Shown piece after piece: positions 12,370 to 24,640 of a stretch of 64,000 bases of DNA. Source of the DNA: Camelus dromedarius (taxonomy: Eukaryota). The stretch spans positions 46,440,001 to 46,504,000 of the forward strand of contig NC_087437.1 in assembly GCF_036321535.1 (NCBI RefSeq), written 5' to 3'. Positions within the stretch are counted from its first letter, which is position 1. The number at the start of each line of letters is the position of its first letter. The position numbers were made by a program, and so were the translations under genes. The notes under the pieces are model-generated. The model saw nothing but the letters and a program-made list of their open reading frames with translations. It was not told the DNA's origin and did no database searches.

Positions 12370-13880
12370 ACCTGGAAGCAGACTAGCCTTCAGTTTGAAG
12401 CTGCGCAATTGCCCAGACCTTTCCCAGGCCCCAGGTGTACTAGCAGTGCCTTCCCATGGTTATGTAATCTGTAAAACTCACACATGTGGGATATTTGACA
12501 CAGTCTGTTCAGGCTGCTTCTAACAAACTGCACAAACTGAGTGGCCTAAACAACAGAAATGTATTTTTCACAGTTCTGGAGGCTGCAAGTCTGATGTCAG
12601 GGTGCCAGCGTGGTCCGGTTGAGCCCTCTTCCTGGTCTGCAGACAGCATCTTCTCTCCCTATGCCCTCACCAGGTGAGAGGCTGGGAGAGACGAGAGACA
12701 AATCCTCTTTCATATAAACATCAGTCTCATCAGGAGATCGCTGCCCTCATGTCCTAATCCAGCCCTAAAACCTTCCCAAAGGACCCAAATACCATCTCCA
12801 AATGCCACCACATTGGGAATTAGACTTTCAACATAGGAATTTTGGAGGAGAACAGACATTCAGACCCTAGCAGTATTTAACAGCAGTCAGTTAAGACTAC
12901 TGTATCTTTCCATTCAGGCCCTCTTGCATTCACAATTCCCCTGCTGTGGTGAATGAATGGCATTTGAGCATCCGCTGAGGGAACTAGAGTTAGGGTTTAA
13001 GGGGATAGTCTGTGTGGTTCACACAGAGTTAACATATAGTTAAGTTACAATGAACAGTCCCAGGAATTCTCCCTTCACCCACGGGGGCTGACTCATCCAG
13101 AAATGACACCAAGTGTGAATGTGTCTTTTGACACCTGGCATTAGGAAAAATGCGGAGGAGAAAAGGTTTGAAATGAACAGAGCCAGAAGCTAGTGTGTGA
13201 AACGTCCTTCTAATTATGAGATGTGTAAAATTGCGAGCAGAAGATCCAGTTCTTGTCAAGGCCCAGTCAAAATGCAAATCCTCTCCTATCAGATACGATA
13301 ATCTAAAATTCATAATATACCACTGTAATGAGACATCGGTGGCAAACTGGTTAATGGGTGTTGTCAGCTCAAAGAAGATTTAAGATTAGTCACAGCAGAA
13401 AAAAGAACTTGAAAAGTTCTGAAATCTTTCAGCTCAGATACAAAAGAAACTTGATAAGAGATATTTACAAATTTGAGAAAAAAATTCTGCAAACTTGCAT
13501 ATTACCAAAATGGAGTAGGAAGATACAACTTTTCTAAACTACAAATAATAAACACATTTTAAAAAAAGTAACTATAGTGAAAAACAGATTGAATACAAAT
13601 AAAAAAGCAATCGAAGAGAATGCAGGTAAAAAAATGTAGGGGAAATGTTGTATAGGCCAAATAGTTAATAAATAAAAATACTACATTATTTTTAGATATT
13701 TGTAGTATTTGTTCATTTTTTAAAAAAATGTAATTCGTTACATTTTCCTTATTCTAAATAAATATTCACTTTTGTACCTAAGTTTTTATTTGTAAATTTT
13801 AATTCTTTATTTTTAAAGGCCTCTCTCACCCCCAAATTGTATAACCTGCAGGCCCCACAAAACCTGACACCCCTCCCCTC
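12370..13880 (+). mobile_element. Arthur1/MER69-like hAT-Tip100 DNA transposon fossil, interrupted by MLT1A
   Basis: 5' part 'tttcccaggcccc...ctagcagtgccttcccatggttatgtaatctgtaaaa'; 3' end 'ccaaattgtataacctgcaggccccacaaaacctg' resembles the recalled Arthur1 terminus and the end of the copy at 39250-39850. Confidence 0.7.
12496..12872 (-). mobile_element. MLT1A-like MaLR solo LTR
   Basis: TG...CA termini; 'aaacaacagaaatgtatttttcacagttctggaggctg' and 'ttcaacataggaattttggagg...cattcagaccctagca'; imperfect 5-bp TSD ATATT/GTATT. Confidence 0.88.
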
Positions 13881-14739
13881 ATATAACCACAGTGCTTTTT
13901 CCTAGAGGTTTACTCATGCTTGAGCAAAAAGAGCTAGGATGTCAATTTGGGGCAAAGATAAAATATTAAATATTTCATTATTAGTAAATTTTAGACTAGG
14001 GAGGACCTGAGTGTTTTATATGCAGAAGGGAAGGAGCTAGCAGTAAGGGAAAGATGGAAATACTGCTGTCACAGGGACACTTGGAACAGGTCTCATATTG
14101 TGGAAAGGAATGGATTAAGACAGAGTGGAGACAAGAGCTTTCAAAAGCAGGTGCAGACAGAGAGCAGTGAAGGAGGAAAGAGGGGGAGTGGACTCTGATT
14201 AGAGTGGAGGGGCATGATGGAGTTCTAGTTCTGTGACCTTAGTCTTCTAGTTCACGTAGGAGGCCAGGTTATCACCTCAAGTATCAGGGGTGGGTGGTTT
14301 TATGGATTTCCAAACCCTGAGCATGTTGTTGAGAACTGTTTTGTGGAAAAAAAAAAAAAAGTGCGAAATAGCTGTGATGGACCTGCTCTTATCTTCCCAA
14401 ACTCTGCCTACTGGTCCCAAGACACTGCACCCAGAGACCCTCCCATGGATTTGTCAGTATCTGACTAAAGCAAAGACCGAGTCTGGGGATAGCCCTATGC
14501 TTTTTTCCTATTCTAGTGTCAGAATGATCAGAGAATAAATCTGAGGTAATAACGCAAGGTTGGTGAGGAGACTGTCAGGTGGAGAACTTGAGTTGTTGCC
14601 TAGAGGAAAGACACAAGGATTTATTTATATATGGCCTTATTCCACACAGGATTTAAGGCAGCTTACAAGAATGCATGCAATAAAATAGCAAGATGTGGTC
14701 CATAAATAAAAAATCAAGTCTAGCAAAAGCATAAAATAT

Positions 14740-15050
14740 AGAAGAGAAGACTTCAGATGCAGCTTGTCAGGGGTCTTCAGGTAACTAAAGGGTTGCCATG
14801 TGGATGAGCATTTAGGGTTATTTGGTTCAAGAATGGGGGGAGGGGATACAGCGAGGCACGTACCAGCACAACAGAAGGCAGAACTTTCTAACAAGTGCAG
14901 CTGCTGCACAGTGGAATGGAGGTCATGTGCTCCTCCTCCATCACAGGAGGCATTAAACAGAGCCAGGTAGCTCTTTTCTGGCCTGCTATGAGATCCAGCT
15001 GATGCAGTGTGTAGACTGGCCCCTGACACACCCTTAAGATCAGCATTTAA
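14740..15050 (+). mobile_element. L3/CR1 LINE 3' fragment
   Basis: 'gtcttcaggtaactaaagggttgccatgtgga' and 'gaactttctaacaa...gtggaatgga...ccatcacaggaggcattaaacagag' match the CR1/L3 3' end. Confidence 0.7.
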
Positions 15051-15349
15051 TGACTGTGTGACAGGAACTTTTCTAAACAATGTCCTGTAAGTCATGAACT
15101 AGTCTAAAATACTCCACACAATAATAAAAGCTTGTCAACAGTATTACTGAATATTTCTATGACCTACTGTATTATTGCTTACTTTTAAATGTCATTGCAA
15201 ATTGTAAACCCCAGATTTGTGAAGCAGAAACGAGTAAGCTGCACATGGGAGGAGGGGTGGACTGAGAGGTCCGTGAGTTATATCAGCTCATCATTCCCCT
15301 GCTCTCTGAGTCGTCACTGGCCGTTTGCTGAGCTTATGGTATCTGTTCA

Positions 15350-16160
15350 CACAACATTCAGCAACAATGGTTCTTATTCCTTATCATCTGTCAGGCCTGG
15401 TCCTAGGCCCTGGGGAGACAATAGTATGCCAGAAAGACATGTTCCCTGCTTTCAGAGGGATTGCTGCTTAGTGGGGAAATGACATTAATGAAAATAATCA
15501 CATCTAAATACTTACAAATTCTGATACACATTATGAAGGAAGAAAAGAGCATTCCAGGAGAGCGGATAGCTGTGAGACCTGCTAGAGCATGAAGGAAGAA
15601 CATGTTTTCTGATATCATTATGTATAGGAAAATGTGGGGCAGGGATCGGAGTTCAGAGGGAGAGCGTTTCAGGCTGAAGGGATGATGTGAGAAAAGGCTC
15701 AGAAACAGGAGGGAACATTTGAGGAACTGTGGAGCCAGAGCAGCATGAGCAGCCTGGGAGGGAGGGTCCCGGGTGTGCTCTGAGGACTTAATGGTGAGGG
15801 AAACCCTTTGGTTTTACCAAGAGGGAATACGATCATATTGATGTTTCGCTGTGTGTGTGTGTGTGTGTGTGTGAAACCATTAGCTTTAGAGTAGGGTGTA
15901 GACTGGGGAGTGAGGCTAGAATAGATGTAGGGAGACGGTTCAGGAGGCTGCATGATGGCTCAAGGTGAGAGATGGCAGTGATTCGGACAAAGGTGGTGGC
16001 AAAGATGGAGAGAAGTGAAGGTTTCCTAAGGTGAGCATGAGATAAGAATGAGCAGGATTTGGTGATGGACTGGATGGGAGGGAAGGTGAGGGAGAGGAAG
16101 TGGTATCAAAGACTCCCAGCAACTTGACGGATGAGTGTTCCGTTCACTGAAGGGGTGCAT
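15350..16160 (-). mobile_element. L2 LINE 3' portion containing a (GT)n at about 15850-15873
   Basis: 'caggcctggtcctaggccctggggagacaatag...', 'caggaggctgcatgatggctcaaggtgagagatgg', 'caggatttggtgatggactggatg'. Confidence 0.8.
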
Positions 16161-17114
16161 AAAGATAGGGCTGGCTGAGACACTGGCAGAAAGGAAACAG
16201 AGACCTCATCTTACCTGGTCCAGGGTTAGAAAAGGCAACCAGTTCAACTGATTCCAGTTCAGTTCAGCTCTGCAGTTGCATCCTATCCCGTCCAGTTCAA
16301 CTCACCCTGTGGAGCAGCTGCCAAGTAAGGCTCTGTGAGTGGTCCAAACAAGTACGAGCCGCGCTCAAGGTGGTTGCACGGTCATCTCCTGTACTCTCTT
16401 GTGCTTGATGATGGCCCAAGTGACCACAGCTCTCCAGGCAAAGTGCAAAATGCCTGCAGAGACAGAGGTGAACTGCCCCCAGACTACAGCAGTTAGTGCC
16501 ACCCACAGAGGGTCTGGCTGACTTACAAAGGATTGGACTGACTTTTTCTAAAAATGGAGGTAAGACTCCAGAGGGTGCCTTTGAGTTTACTGGGCAAGGG
16601 CTGACGTGAATGTGGGAGAACCTCAGATTTCCCTTTGTTGGTCTATACTGACAAAACCCTGGGGATTGGAGTGTGTACATTTGTTCTCAGCCCTGGCTCT
16701 GTCTCAGACTGCCAGGTGCTTCCTAAAGGATCCTGTGCTCCTGTCCTCATCTCCATGGGTAATAACTACTCTCTGATGACCCCATCTATATTTTACAAGA
16801 GCTAATTGAAAAGTGTCTGATAGCTGGGGATTTTCTGACAAAGGTAGTACACAAATCTAGTCTATGTATCTGGGGATGATGGTTCTAGCCCCATTGCTGC
16901 TCAAGGTTACAAGTGGAAAGCAGGACCCCAGGTTCCTCTCTCCACCTCCAGCCATGTCGGGCATCCTTATGCCCCTTCCTCATGACCCTTCTGTGTCCCA
17001 TCTCCCAAGTGCCACCACCACCCCTCCCCCAACTCCACGCAGAATCTCAGTAAAAATACCATTGTCTAAATGCAAATACCTCTGGGAGAAATCATGTGCT
17101 TTACCAAATTCTGG

Positions 17115-17320
17115 CTCTTAATAATAGCGATTATCCCTTACACAGCCAACTCCACTTTCACGATGTGCTTCTCTGCATGTTTCATTTAATGCCCACACGG
17201 TCTTGTTGGGGTGGTAGCATAATCATCCCAGGGAGGCTAAGCTGCTTACCCAAAGTCATACCCCTGGGTAGCGGCTGAGCGGGGACTCTGCAATTCATGC
17301 TCTCACCTCTCTGCCAGAGA
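17115..17320 (-). mobile_element. MIR SINE
   Basis: 'tcatttaatgcccacac...ttacccaaagtcatacccctgggtagcggctgagcggggactc'. Confidence 0.7.
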
Positions 17321-17494
17321 GTTGTTCCTTCTGGTTAAAGCAAACAGATCGGGGTTGGGAGGGAAGCTTGAAGACGTTGTGAGCAGAGAGGATTTTCCTG
17401 TTATCCCTTGAAGTTACCCACCACATGCAGCTGTTGATGTCTCCCCACTTAATGGTAGCCCAGCTGTCGGCACAACGGCGGAGTCCAGGATGTA

Positions 17495-17690
17495 AAGGGG
17501 GCTAAGCCTGCATTTGAATGCTGATCTTTCACCTCCTCGTATGTGACCTTGAGCAAATTATTACAAATTGGGGCAGTATACAATGGAGCAGCCATCATAG
17601 GGCTATTGTAAGGAATAAATGAATTAAAAAATACATATATATATACTGTAATTTCTGAAACATAGTAAATACTTTTAAAACGTTATTTTG
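17495..17690 (+). mobile_element. MIR SINE
   Basis: 'tgtgaccttgagcaaatta...catagggctattgtaaggaataaatgaatta'. Confidence 0.75.
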
Positions 17691-19386
17691 GTGGTATTCC
17701 AGGGCCCAACTCTCTGGTTCACCTCAATTTGAATGGGGGGAGCGAGTAACTCTGAAGTGCTTTTTCGCTCCAATTTGGTTGGAAATGACTAACAAAATAC
17801 TGTGTTGAGAAGGATTCTGAAGTTTACTCTGAGATCAGCTGAATTAATCAGTGTTCCCGTATGTGTGCTGTGTAATTTCACCCTTTCTTGAGTCATTTGT
17901 AAGGCCTGTCACGGTCTGCGCCTCTGCTTCTCAGCTTCATTGTCTGCCTTGGGCATTTGCTCAGATTTTTTTTGATCAGGACCAGTCCAGTGATGTTCAG
18001 ACTAAGTGCAGTTTCTAGCTCACAGGGGCACTGCCTGCTTGGGTGAGAGCAAAGAGTCCAATGAATAGGAGCTATGTATGGATGGGTTCTAACAAGAGGG
18101 GTCAGCAGGCTGGGGATTCAAAAATAACTACACTGTAGCAACTCTGGGTGAGCAACATATGCTGTATATTTCCATCCAAATAAAAGACATTCATTTGGAA
18201 GACCCTGGAACAGCTGTAACTTGAGATTCCCACAAACGCTTGGAAAACTGTCAGTCCTTTCTGAGTGGCAATAGATACAGAAGCAAGACTACCAGTATGA
18301 ATTCAAAACTGAATCTCAGAAACAGGGCCTGGATTAGCCTTCTAAGAAGCCAGCATTCTTTAGCACTGATCTGGCCTTCAAGTATTTTGGGGACAGTATT
18401 TTTATGAAGCTTACTGATTAAACATTTGCTGATCTCTCTCCTGGAGGAATTATAGAAATATAATAATTGTTATGAATGATCGCCTAGAGTAGGGCTTATC
18501 AGAGATTCCAATCTGCAATCTGCAGAGAATTCTACCAGTGTGCTATGTTTTTCTTTTGCTTCTACCAAATTTATCAATGTCTCAGGTCATTATTTGCCTG
18601 ATCACAACAACATGCGTTCATGAATATGTATCAGCTAAAATCCTGCAATTTCATGTGTTAATTTGTTCATGTCTTTAGGTGCTTATAGCAATTAAATGAG
18701 ACCTTGATAAATTTAGAGGAAATAAAAAAGCTTTGATATTATGAGTGTTTATGTGGTTGAACTGTAGGCTCTGAGATAAATAGTTGTTTTGTGCAACTAT
18801 TAACTCATTTATTGGCTTATTAAATATTTTCCCATTTAGTTACATTTCTTCTTAGGAAATAAGTGGTCTCTTCTTGACTACGTCATTTGGCCTTCTTCTT
18901 TTGTTCATTTTAGCTTGTGAATGCAATTAATCCTTATATTGGCTCATGTGAGTTAAGTGTGCTGTCCTGTTAGGGTTGTATCAGGGGGTCTGAGAATTTA
19001 TATGTAATGACTTTGGGCAGCCACAGGGCAGGCTGCTTAGGGGTCAGATTCTGTCACAGTCCCATAAGGTCAGAGGGGACCTGGGTAGGGAAGGGATTCA
19101 GGGTAGCAGAGGTCACCGGTGGAGAAGGGGCCAGTGACCAAGAGCTCTGGCTGCCTGAGAAAGAAAAGCTGGGAGTTGTGACAGCTCTGCCAAGCACAGT
19201 GGTGGGCAATCCCAGTGGTGGTGTTCCAAAGGCAGGGCTTGGTAGAGTAGGGATTTGAAGTGGGGTCGAGAGAAAAATCACCATCCTGGGAACTGGGACA
19301 TGCCAGGGTGGAAATGACGCTAAGGCCCAAAGGAGTGAGAGGGGCAGTAACTAGGTCACAAGCCACAGCTCCAGGAAGGGATGGGG

Positions 19387-19578
19387 TGAGGTTGCCAGAT
19401 TTAACAAATTAAAATACAGGACACTAACTGTTAAACTCAGATTTCAGGTAAACAAAGAATAGTTTTAGAATAAGTATGTCCCATGCACTATCTGGACATG
19501 CGCATACTAAAAATGTATCTGTTGTTTATCTGAAATTCAAATTTATCTGGGCGTCATGTATTTTATCTGGCAGTCCCA
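19387..19578. mobile_element. MER53 palindromic hAT-family MITE, apparently full length
   Basis: 'ggttgccagat...aaaatacaggacac...ttcaggtaaacaa...taagtatgtccca' is mirrored by 'tggacatg...tactaaaa...ttgtttatctgaa...tgtattttatctggca'. Confidence 0.9.
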
Positions 19579-19696
19579 GGTGTGTACAGGGGACAGTAGT
19601 CAGTGCTTGTGTGCTCAAGGAAGCCTCGCTAGTCTGGGAAGATAGAGGGGCTGACTGGGGGGAGGCTGGTGGGGTGGAGGGGGATGAAGCTGGGCA

Positions 19697-19720
19697 TGTG
19701 TGTGTGTGTGTGTGTGTGTG
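19697..19720. repeat. (TG)12 microsatellite
   Basis: Read directly. Confidence 0.95.
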
Positions 19721-20244
19721 ACAGAGAGAGGAAGACTTAGAGACTAATCCTGAATAATTTTATGTTGGCTTTAAGACCCACTTATTTTCATAATTTCTCA
19801 CTGCTTGTGGGGGAGGGGCAGATGTTGTTTTGCTTTGCAAGCACAAGTTGCACTTGGCTTGTGTCAGAGTCAGGATAGTTACTGATTTGTAACATGAAAC
19901 TGACAAAACTGTGTGTACCCAAAGCAACGCCATGTCATTGAGAAGGAAAATTTCAATCCTCCAAAACAGTTGTCTGGATAACAGTGAACACATGAATATT
20001 TGGAAACATCTGGATGATTGCTATCCTCTGTATAAAAAGCCACATGACTGACTATATTTTTTCCATTTTTATTCAGATATTTTGGAATAAGGTAGACAGC
20101 CAGAGAGGCTCATCTCCAAGAGAGAATGCATTATCATCATGAGGTAGGATATTTTCAAAACTGCTTCTTGATTTTTTTTCAATCTGTTTGATTTGTCTTC
20201 AGTCCTTCTAGTCATTTTATTGATCATTGGTTCCCATCCTACTC

Positions 20245-20322
20245 CTGCCCAGTGCCTAGAACTGTGCTTGGCACATAGTAAATGTTGAATACACTTTTGA
20301 AATGAATAGACGGGTAAGTGAA
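20245..20322 (+). mobile_element. L2 3' terminus
   Basis: 'cccagtgcctagaactgtgcttggcacatagtaaatgttgaata'. Confidence 0.85.
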
Positions 20323-20409
20323 TATATTATTCTGAAATAATTTAACCTCCAGTACAGAGATTATACTAAGCAGTGAAAAACTATTTGTTTAGAAGGGAAG
20401 AGAACACGT

Positions 20410-20640
20410 GTTTATTGACTGTGCACTATGAGACAAGAACTGGGCCAGACAATAATACATTATGTGTCCATGAATGTGTACACATACATCTGTAGATATA
20501 TGTATTATTACAGGCACCTTGTGAGTAAGTATTCATAGCCTCATCATACAGTTGAGTAAATTCAGAGAGGTTGAATAGATTATGAAGATCCTCTTCTACT
20601 AAGAAGCAGGGCTGGAATATGAGCCCTCATCTGTCTGAGC
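20410..20640 (-). mobile_element. MIR SINE
   Basis: 'tttattgactgtgcactatg...tacagttgagtaaattcagagaggttgaa...agcagggctggaatatgagccc'. Confidence 0.65.
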
Positions 20641-20694
20641 TTTTATGACATCTCCACTGATTCCATGCAGACTTCCTGGACTAATCTGAAGTCA

Positions 20695-20838
20695 TTGTTC
20701 TTATTTTGGGGAGGTCTTTTATCACTTTGAGAATTTGATGGAAGCCAGATTCATCTCCCAGAAACATGACATAGAAAGGATATTCCCAGTTTTATGAGCA
20801 ATGTGGATTCGTCAAGGATCCCTGATTAGGAACCTCAT
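20695..20838. mobile_element. MER103-like hAT-Charlie fossil
   Basis: 'ctttgagaatttgatggaagcc...tctcccagaaacatg...ggatccctgattaggaacc'. Confidence 0.6.
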
Positions 20839-21039
20839 GATTAGGATTCAGATTTCTTCCTGTAGAGTCAGAGCTGAAGATCAGAAGCAGCCAGAACTGG
20901 TGTCAGTGTGCGTCTTTCATTCCTGCTGGGATAGCAGTAGTTCTACCAGTAAATATATACAACATACTATATATATATATAATATATTAATGTTAAAAAA
21001 ATATAGATCCTCTAATTCCTACTTTTCCTCATTTAGTGA

Positions 21040-21795
21040 TTAGAAAATTAATAAACAATGGTCACCCAAATAAAATTGTGTCAGGTGCCAGGAGCACAGC
21101 AGTGAACAAGACAAATGTAGTCTCTGCCCAGAGGCAGAGTCACCATGAAGCTAAAGAAGATTAAACTTTGTGTCCCCTCACTAGCTCAGCCCCTTTTTTT
21201 TTTTTTGAGGCCCCTGGAAAGTGTTCATATGATGGAGCATACGTTCTTATAAAATGTGCAAGGTAAGATATATTGTATTGTTTTTCTTAAAGAGCCAGTC
21301 CCTTTCCCCGGCTGGGGAAGCTCAGGTGCCTGTGTCTGCCCAGTCACTAACCCCACGGAACTTAGTGAGGAAGGACTGACATTGGACGGTTGAGTAACTG
21401 CAAGAGTGAGGGATCTTGGGGTTGGGGCGTGCTCTACTGCAAGGGGATTTAGTCTTTTGCAGGGTGGTCATTTAAGCTGAGATCTGAAGGATGAATGTTT
21501 CGGTTTTGTTTCTTTGTCAGGGGAGGAGCTGCAGGTGGAGGGGCTGTGGATGACAAGGCCCTGGGCCAGGAAGGGCAGGGCTGGTTTGAGGACTGAACTG
21601 AGTACCCCGTGGCTGGTGGGCATGGAGAATGAGGGGAGACTGATGGGTGAGGAGACTGAAGTGGAGAGCCAGCAGTTTTCCTGGGACCCCATAGGGCCCA
21701 CTAAGCACTTTGAACTTTATTCTAAGGAAGGTGAGGAGCTGCCAAAGGGGACTTAGATGATCAGATTTGCATGTTATGAAAACACTCTGGCTGGA
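21040..21795 (-). mobile_element. L2 fragment interrupted by a short Arthur1A
   Basis: 'gcacagcagtgaacaagacaaa', 'catttaagctgagatctgaaggatga', 'ctttgaactttattctaagg', 'gatcagatttgcatgtt'. Confidence 0.8.
21129..21343 (+). mobile_element. Arthur1A/MER69A-like short non-autonomous hAT element
   Basis: Begins 'cagaggcagagtcaccatgaagctaaagaag...cccctcact', matching the recalled MER69 5' end; ends after 'ttcttaaagagcc'. Confidence 0.7.
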
Positions 21796-24159
21796 GGGTG
21801 GAGAATAAATTTTTTTGCTTTCTTTTGTTTTGTTTTTAACTTCTAGAAATACCACCTGGAACACAGCTGTGACTTGATAAACAAGTGATATATTCCTTGG
21901 TGCAGTGAGGGGAAATAATTATCTAAAGGCCATGCATCTCAGTATAGGAGGGGCCAGGGGGCCCCAGCCAGCATGTGACACACAGAATCAGAAGGGCAGG
22001 TGAATCAGGGCAGCAAGGGACAAGCTGGGATACCTGTGCTGCTGTTGGTGGTGGGTGTGGATAGTGCTGGGCTTTTCTGGCACCTTTCATTCTTTCTCCA
22101 TCACAGTTGACATCAAGCTGGAAGCAAGGAGGATTGAGGGAGACTTTAGGAGACCAAACATCTCGAATCAGCAGCTTGTGACGAGGATAAATATGATGTC
22201 AATGTCAGTGTCAAAAATCATGCCACCCTTTAAGAAGCCTCTAAAGCAGTAGTGACCTTGCATGTGGAAGAGCCAGTGAAAACCGGTTCATCTAGTAGAC
22301 TACATGCAGTAGATTTCCAAACTTTACCAGGCATGTTGCTCTCACCTCTTCCCAGTAGCTTCCTCCATTCCTTACCTGGTTAGACTGGTTTTGGCCCACA
22401 CTTTGCTCTCTTACTTCTCCCCTGCAATTGCTCATAGTTTGTTACTATCAGAGAGAAACCCTGAAACTGACTTGGCCCCACAGAGATTCTATCTGTGAGA
22501 TTCTATTGCATGGGATGTGACAAAAAGATGCCTCATGGATTAGACCTGCACAGAGTTCTGAAGACGTTATTTGGGGAACCTATGACCCAGCTTTCTCTGA
22601 CGGCATAAAATGGGTTCAGCAACACTTAGCCACTGAGGTCCAGCTCTGTGGCTCTGGCTGACCAAGAAACATGGTAATAATTCTTAATAGGGTGTTTTTA
22701 TTAACTGAAGGAATTATAGAATATATTTTAGATGAAAAAGAAGTGTTTATGCTTAAAGAGTAAGAATCAATTGTCCATAAATTTGACTGATAGCCTTTCA
22801 TTTGTGATGATGATAGATAAATAAAGAGTTAAGACATTTTCAGAATTACAGTAGCATTTCTTATCTGTCTACATTAAATCATGCTCCAGAAACTAATGCG
22901 GACTCCACATTGCCTGTAGTCTAGTACAGAATATCAGCATCTAGGGTTAAAAAGCTCCAGGAAGTCAGGAGCAAGGCTTTCCACGTTCCCATAATCTATT
23001 GGCCTGGAAAGCTTTTCTTAGTTTTTCTATTTGTGTTCCTGTCAACTTGAGTGAGAGACTGAGGAAGTAAGCCAAAGGAAGGAAGAGGAGCTGCTGGTCC
23101 CTGTCCAAGGGGGTGAGAGGGAAGGGTGGGGAACCAGAGAGCGTGTGGGGTGGGAGGCAGTTGTGGGCAAGGGAAGCTAACCAGCGGCTGCTGTCAGCCC
23201 TAACCTATTTCCTTCAGCCCCGGGAGCTGTCCCTGTCTCCGTCCCTGCTCTCAGCAACAGTGACACCGCCTTGGGCGACTCTGCAGTCATCCCACACTGA
23301 ATGATAGCTGTCCCTGCTGTTTTCTTAAATGTCACCAGAGAAAGACATTCTCTCCTCCCTAGAGTACACATGCTCTACTTGTGGATAAGTGGGCACTTGG
23401 TCCCATCTTCCCACCTTCCAAAAATTGGTCACCAATGAATCACAATTTTGTCAACTTCTCTGGTATAAGAAGTCATAGATGGAAGTACATAGAAATGATT
23501 TCTTTAATGTGATGTCCTTTCTGTGTGGCAGTAAAATGACTTTCCTGCCATCAAGAGAAACATGTGCTTTGAATTATTTTTATAGCCTTAGAGGCAGATC
23601 TGTAAAAGGCTGTCTGTACCTGATAGCTCTGCTTTTATTGATTCTATTCAGGATTATATCATTCCTTGAAATGTTGGGGAACAGGAAAAGAGAACAAATA
23701 CCTGTTGATTGTCTGTTAGTGCTTTGCAGAATTTGTTAGTGTAAATTTTAATTCCTAAACCTCATTGTCCAAGCAATATAACCTTCCACATATTCTAAAA
23801 CAGCTTCATTCCTAATTTGAGCCCCTGACTGGTGCCAAGAACTTAGTTAATTCAGGGTTTCTGACCCCTTGGAGTGATGTCTAAGTCTTGAGGGACAGTT
23901 GCTGATACATTGTCAGTGTGGGGCTACTGGACATTGGGGAGTGGTTTGGGATCTGGTCCTCAGCACTGTATCAGTCCTACTAGACTGAAAAGCCAAGTGG
24001 GGAAGTTGTTGATCCACCCACCAGCTGCTGGGTTTTCCCTTGGTCCTATTCACGAGGTGTCTTCTTATTGCTCCTGGTTATTTCCCTCCTCTTGAGCCAC
24101 TCTGGGGTGTGGGGACCCTGTGAGGCTGTTGGAACCCAGAACCACTTATCTTATTGCAT

Positions 24160-24300
24160 CTTGACTCTAACCCTGGGTATTTGAAATATTATTTTCTGTT
24201 TATAAAGGAGGGAAAATGGGACTCAGAGTAGCTAAGACCTCACCCAAAGCCTCATAACTATGAGTGGTAGAGCCCAATCTGCTTTCCACACCCATGTGGC
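24160..24300 (-). mobile_element. MIR SINE fragment
   Basis: 'tttataaaggagggaaaatgggactcagag...cacccaaagcctcataacta'. Confidence 0.6.
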
Positions 24301-24339
24301 TCCCTTCATCAGAGTGACTACCTGCCCAGCTTTATCCCC

Positions 24340-24640
24340 TCACTTCTAAGAAGCCTCTTCTGATCCCCGGAGAATAATGTCTGCCTCTCTAGAAATCTCA
24401 CAACCTTTGCTGTCCAAATGTTCGGGGTGACATTTAACCATCACACACTGCTCTATGTGCTAGTTATCTGTAGACATGTCAAGATAGTCCTAATTAGGCT
24501 GTGGCTCTTGGAGGGCGAAGACCACTTCTTGTGTTTTTCTTCATCTCCTTCGCTACTGTATGTAAATGCCAAATGCTCAATCTATGATTGGTTACAATAG
24601 AAATCGTGTGTTAAGAAATACATTAGTAAATGGACGAATG
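24340..24640 (+). mobile_element. L2 3' end
   Basis: 'ttctaagaagcctcttctgatcccc', 'aggctgtggctcttggagggcgaagacc', 'tgctcaat'. Confidence 0.6.

Noticed and set aside
14637..15095. Longest ORF (152 aa, minus strand)
   Set aside because: It lies antisense over an L3/CR1 fossil and has no recognisable protein features.
16238..16302. (CAGTT)n-like repeats suggesting a ruminant Bov-A2 tail
   Set aside because: The repeats are degenerate, no Bov-A body is adjacent, and no other ruminant SINEs were seen in the window.
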